A stretch of DNA of 64,000 nt from an uncultured Campylobacteraceae bacterium (GTDB lineage Bacteria > Campylobacterota > Campylobacteria > Campylobacterales > JALSKU01): positions 17,448 through 81,447 of the forward strand of contig CAZKWE010000009.1 of assembly GCA_964556545.1 (NCBI GenBank), written 5' to 3'. The notes beneath the pieces were generated by a model. The model was given only the letters and a program-made list of their open reading frames with translations. It was not told where the DNA came from and did no database searches. The position numbers and the translations under genes were made by a program. Positions 61,039-64,000 of the stretch are shown here, piece after piece. Each line of letters opens with the position of its first letter. The first letter of the stretch is position 1.

Positions 61039-62921
61039 ATATATATCTTTTGTGGATTATACTCTCTCCGCTATTTGGATCTTTAGTGCTGGGTGCAATG
61101 TATTTGTATAGTGTAAAGATAAAAAAAATTAGTGATATCGTATTTGCGGCTATAGCTTTAATAACACCGTTCGTAAGTTTTATATTTACTTTTATACTGT
61201 TTTTAAAATTGTATAACGGCTCAAATGATATGAGATATACCTTGTTTAAATGGCTAAAAGTTGCAAAATTTGATGTAAATATCACTTTTTTGGCTGATCA
61301 TCTTTCCGTATTTATGGCACTTTTTGTTACATTTATCGGATGGCTTATCCATATATATGCAGTCGGTTACATGAAGGGAGATGAAGGATACGGTAAATTT
61401 TTTTCATACTTCAATCTTTTTCTTGGAATGATGCTGTTGCTGGTACTGGGAAATAACCCTGTAATTATGTTCTTTGGATGGGAAGGTGTTGGCCTTTGCT
61501 CTTATCTTCTGATAAGTTTTTATTATAAAGATGCACAAAATGTAATAGCCGGAAACAAAGCTTTTATAGTCAACAGAATAGGAGATTTCGGGTTTATAAT
61601 CGGTTTATCAATACTTTTTATATATGCAGGGATAAACGGTTTTGATTATATATCCGTACAACAGCATATTGCAACTGTACCGAAATCTACTTTGTCACTT
61701 ATAGCCTTTTTTCTTTTTGTAGGAGCAATGGGCAAGTCAGCACAAATACCTCTTTATGTATGGCTTCCGGATGCTATGGCCGGCCCTACTCCTGTTTCAG
61801 CTCTTATTCATGCTGCTACCATGGTCACAGCCGGAGTGTATATGGTGTCAAGATTTCACTTTTTATATAGTTTAACTCCGGTCATAGGCGAGTTTATAGC
61901 CATTGTAGGTGCCCTGTCATCTTTATTTGCCGCAGTAATAGCCATGAAACAAAGAGATATCAAGAAAATTTTAGCATATTCTACTATATCGCAACTTGGG
62001 TATATGTTTGTAGCAGTCGGTCTTGGTTTTTACAGCTCAGGATTATTTCATGTATTTACCCATGCATTTTTCAAAGCACTTTTGTTTATGGGGGCGGGTG
62101 CTGTTATACTTCAGTTGCATCATGAGCAGGATATATTTCATATGGGAAGAATGAAAGATGCATCGAAAATAACCTATTATACATTTTTGATAGCAACTTT
62201 GGCAATTTGCGGTATTTTTCCTTTTGCGGGATTTTTTAGCAAAGATGAGATTTTGTTTGATGTATTTGCTTCGCACCACTATATTTTGTGGGCGATTGAG
62301 TTGTTTACGGCAGGATTGACGGCTTATTATATGTTTAGGCTTTTTTTTACGGTTTTTATTGCTCCAAAAAGCAGTAAAAGAATTGATAAACCCGAAACTC
62401 TTTCTTTCGTGGTAACATATCCGCTTATAGTTTTGGCTGTCGGCTCTTTGCTGTGCGGATTTATAGGAGTACCAAAAATTATGGGTGGTAGCAACTTTGT
62501 GGCTCATTGGTTCTTAATGTTTGGAGATGAAAATATAAAAAGTTCCGGCATGGTAGAATTTTTACTTATGGGATTAAATAGCATTGTTGTTTTAGTCGGA
62601 ATTTACATAGCCTATAAAAAGTTTGCAATTATTGATTTAAACAGAGAAATAAAACTTTCAGGAATTATTTATAACAAATTTTATATTGATGAAATATACA
62701 ATTTACTTTTTGTAAAAAATTTACAAAAACTCAGTAATTTTATAGGAAAAATTTTTGATAGAAAGTTCATAGACGGAACAGTTATGATGTTTGCCAAATC
62801 ATTTTATAACATGGGAGAGTTTGTTTCGATACTACAAAACGGTAATGTCAGGTTTTATGCATTTTCAATGCTTTTGGGAGCAAGTGCATTTTTTACTTAT
62901 TTGATATATGTAATGGGATAA
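61035..62921 (+). CDS. nuoL: NADH-quinone oxidoreductase subunit L
   Basis: 628-aa antiporter-like subunit with GWEGVGLCSYLLI, GKSAQIPL..WLPDAMAGPTPVSALIHAATMV and STISQLGYM motifs. Confidence 0.9.
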   Translation: MNIYLLWIILSPLFGSLVLGAMYLYSVKIKKISDIVFAAIALITPFVSFIFTFILFLKLYNGSNDMRYTLFKWLKVAKFDVNITFLADHLSVFMALFVTFIGWLIHIYAVGYMKGDEGYGKFFSYFNLFLGMMLLLVLGNNPVIMFFGWEGVGLCSYLLISFYYKDAQNVIAGNKAFIVNRIGDFGFIIGLSILFIYAGINGFDYISVQQHIATVPKSTLSLIAFFLFVGAMGKSAQIPLYVWLPDAMAGPTPVSALIHAATMVTAGVYMVSRFHFLYSLTPVIGEFIAIVGALSSLFAAVIAMKQRDIKKILAYSTISQLGYMFVAVGLGFYSSGLFHVFTHAFFKALLFMGAGAVILQLHHEQDIFHMGRMKDASKITYYTFLIATLAICGIFPFAGFFSKDEILFDVFASHHYILWAIELFTAGLTAYYMFRLFFTVFIAPKSSKRIDKPETLSFVVTYPLIVLAVGSLLCGFIGVPKIMGGSNFVAHWFLMFGDENIKSSGMVEFLLMGLNSIVVLVGIYIAYKKFAIIDLNREIKLSGIIYNKFYIDEIYNLLFVKNLQKLSNFIGKIFDRKFIDGTVMMFAKSFYNMGEFVSILQNGNVRFYAFSMLLGASAFFTYLIYVMG

Positions 62922-62925
62922 AAAG

Positions 62926-64000
62926 ATGGATGCGGGGATATTGAGCTATATTATATTTACTCCGATGGCAATGGCTTTTGTATTGATGATATCAAAAGCT
63001 GATGCCTCCACAACAAGAAATTTTGCTTTTTTAACCGGCATAGTGATACTTGTGCTTTCATTTAAAGTTTTTTTGGATTTTGAACCCGTTTCTTACATGC
63101 AATTTATAGAATTTCATCCGTGGATAGAAAATTACGGTATTAGCTATTATATAGGAATTGACGGCTTTTCACTCGTGATACTTATCCTTATAGCAGTCCT
63201 TGTGCCTTCGGGGTATCTTTTACTGTGGGAGGGAAGAACAAAGGGATATTGGATAAGTATGCTTTTAATCGAAAGCGGTATGCTTGGTGCACTGTTTTCT
63301 TTGGATTTGATACTTTTTTATTTCTTTTGGGAAACTATGGTGCTCCCTGTGTTTTTAATTATCGGAATGTTCGGTCATGAAGAAAAAGTTTACTCAACAT
63401 TGAAATTTACCATATATACCATAAGCGGTTCTTTGTTTATGTTTTTGGCTATTTTGTATATCGGTATTGCTTTTCATAATGAATTCGGCCTTTGGAGTTT
63501 TCAGCTTATTGATTTAACCAAAATTACAATCCTCTCACCCATAGAAAAATTTTGGTTATTTTGGGCTTTTATGATAGCTTTTATGGTCAAGATACCTCTG
63601 TTTCCGCTTCATGGATGGCTGTTGGAAACATATAAAAATGCTCCTACCGGAGGAGTTTTTTTACTCTCTTCTTTTATGGCTAAACTTGGTGTTTACGGTA
63701 TTATTCGTTTTGTTATGCCTTTATTTCCGAATCTTTTTAAAGAGTATTCATCATTTTTTGTGTGGCTTGGACTTTTCGGTCTTATTTATTTTGGTATAGC
63801 TGCTCTTATGCAGGATAATATAAAAAAAATGTTTGCTTATTCGTCGGCTTCACATTTGGGATTTATAGTGGCAGGTATATTTGCATTAAATGAATATGCT
63901 ATGCTTGGAGCATTGTTTTTGATAATAGCCCACGCAATGGCTACGGGAGGTCTTTTTCTGCTTGTAGGAAAAATTCATTTTTATCTAAGAACTTTCAACA
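62926..64000 (+). CDS. nuoM: NADH-quinone oxidoreductase subunit M, 3' end outside window
   Basis: Not in the ORF track because no stop occurs before the window end; I read the frame from ATG 62926 as open to nt 64000. Antiporter-like pattern (FYFFWETMVLPVFLIIG, VKIPLFPLHGWL, YSSASHLGF). Confidence 0.8.
   Translation, partial: MDAGILSYIIFTPMAMAFVLMISKADASTTRNFAFLTGIVILVLSFKVFLDFEPVSYMQFIEFHPWIENYGISYYIGIDGFSLVILILIAVLVPSGYLLLWEGRTKGYWISMLLIESGMLGALFSLDLILFYFFWETMVLPVFLIIGMFGHEEKVYSTLKFTIYTISGSLFMFLAILYIGIAFHNEFGLWSFQLIDLTKITILSPIEKFWLFWAFMIAFMVKIPLFPLHGWLLETYKNAPTGGVFLLSSFMAKLGVYGIIRFVMPLFPNLFKEYSSFFVWLGLFGLIYFGIAALMQDNIKKMFAYSSASHLGFIVAGIFALNEYAMLGALFLIIAHAMATGGLFLLVGKIHFYLRTFN

Noticed and set aside
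62043-62507. 154-aa minus-strand ORF
   Set aside because: Antisense to nuoL, with basic low-complexity sequence.

Overview
Visibly AT-rich (about 30% GC by eye, not computed), densely packed chromosomal core region. It looks like a Campylobacterota (epsilonproteobacterial) genome: futalosine-pathway mqnD, fliQ-murB adjacency, RNase J with a basic N-terminal extension, TTATTCACA/TTTTCACA-type DnaA boxes. A vent-type Nautiliales-like organism would fit, but that is a guess. The window spans the replication origin: ruvC | DnaA-box cluster | dnaA | DnaA-box cluster plus AT-rich stretch | dnaN-gyrB. About 65 protein genes are supportable, nearly all housekeeping. Complex I genes lie in two blocks about 42 kb apart (nuoA-B-CD-E-F at 10.5-14.7 kb; nuoG-H-I-J-K-L-M from 56.9 kb to the window end). 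Other content: an amino-acid ABC importer, tsaD-dxr-cdsA, rsmA-rnj-kpsF, rarA, a class III RNR (nrdD/nrdG), class Ia nrdB, queF, a sensor kinase/response regulator pair, a dctPQM-lutABC operon, gltA, pcm, purM, coaE-dapF, prfA, rpsT and glnB. I saw no tRNA, rRNA, CRISPR array, transposase/integrase or phage genes. One RNA gene absent from the ORF track is a 4.5S/SRP RNA on the minus strand at about 36952-37058. Most interesting observations: (1) a promoter plus ~160-nt structured leader present in two near-identical copies, upstream of an EamA transporter and of a NosD-like/MFS pair. A diverged third instance sits inside a 26-bp-direct-repeat insertion between the kinase and regulator genes, and I cannot assign the element to a known RNA class. 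(2) The glycyl-radical motif of the class III ribonucleotide reductase is on a separate 59-codon ORF between nrdD and nrdG. (3) A bipartite DnaA-box origin flanks dnaA, with the nuo genes split on either side of it. (4) NuoH carries a ~90-aa, two-helix insertion. None of these is a clear-cut new multi-gene system, and all need database searches I cannot run.
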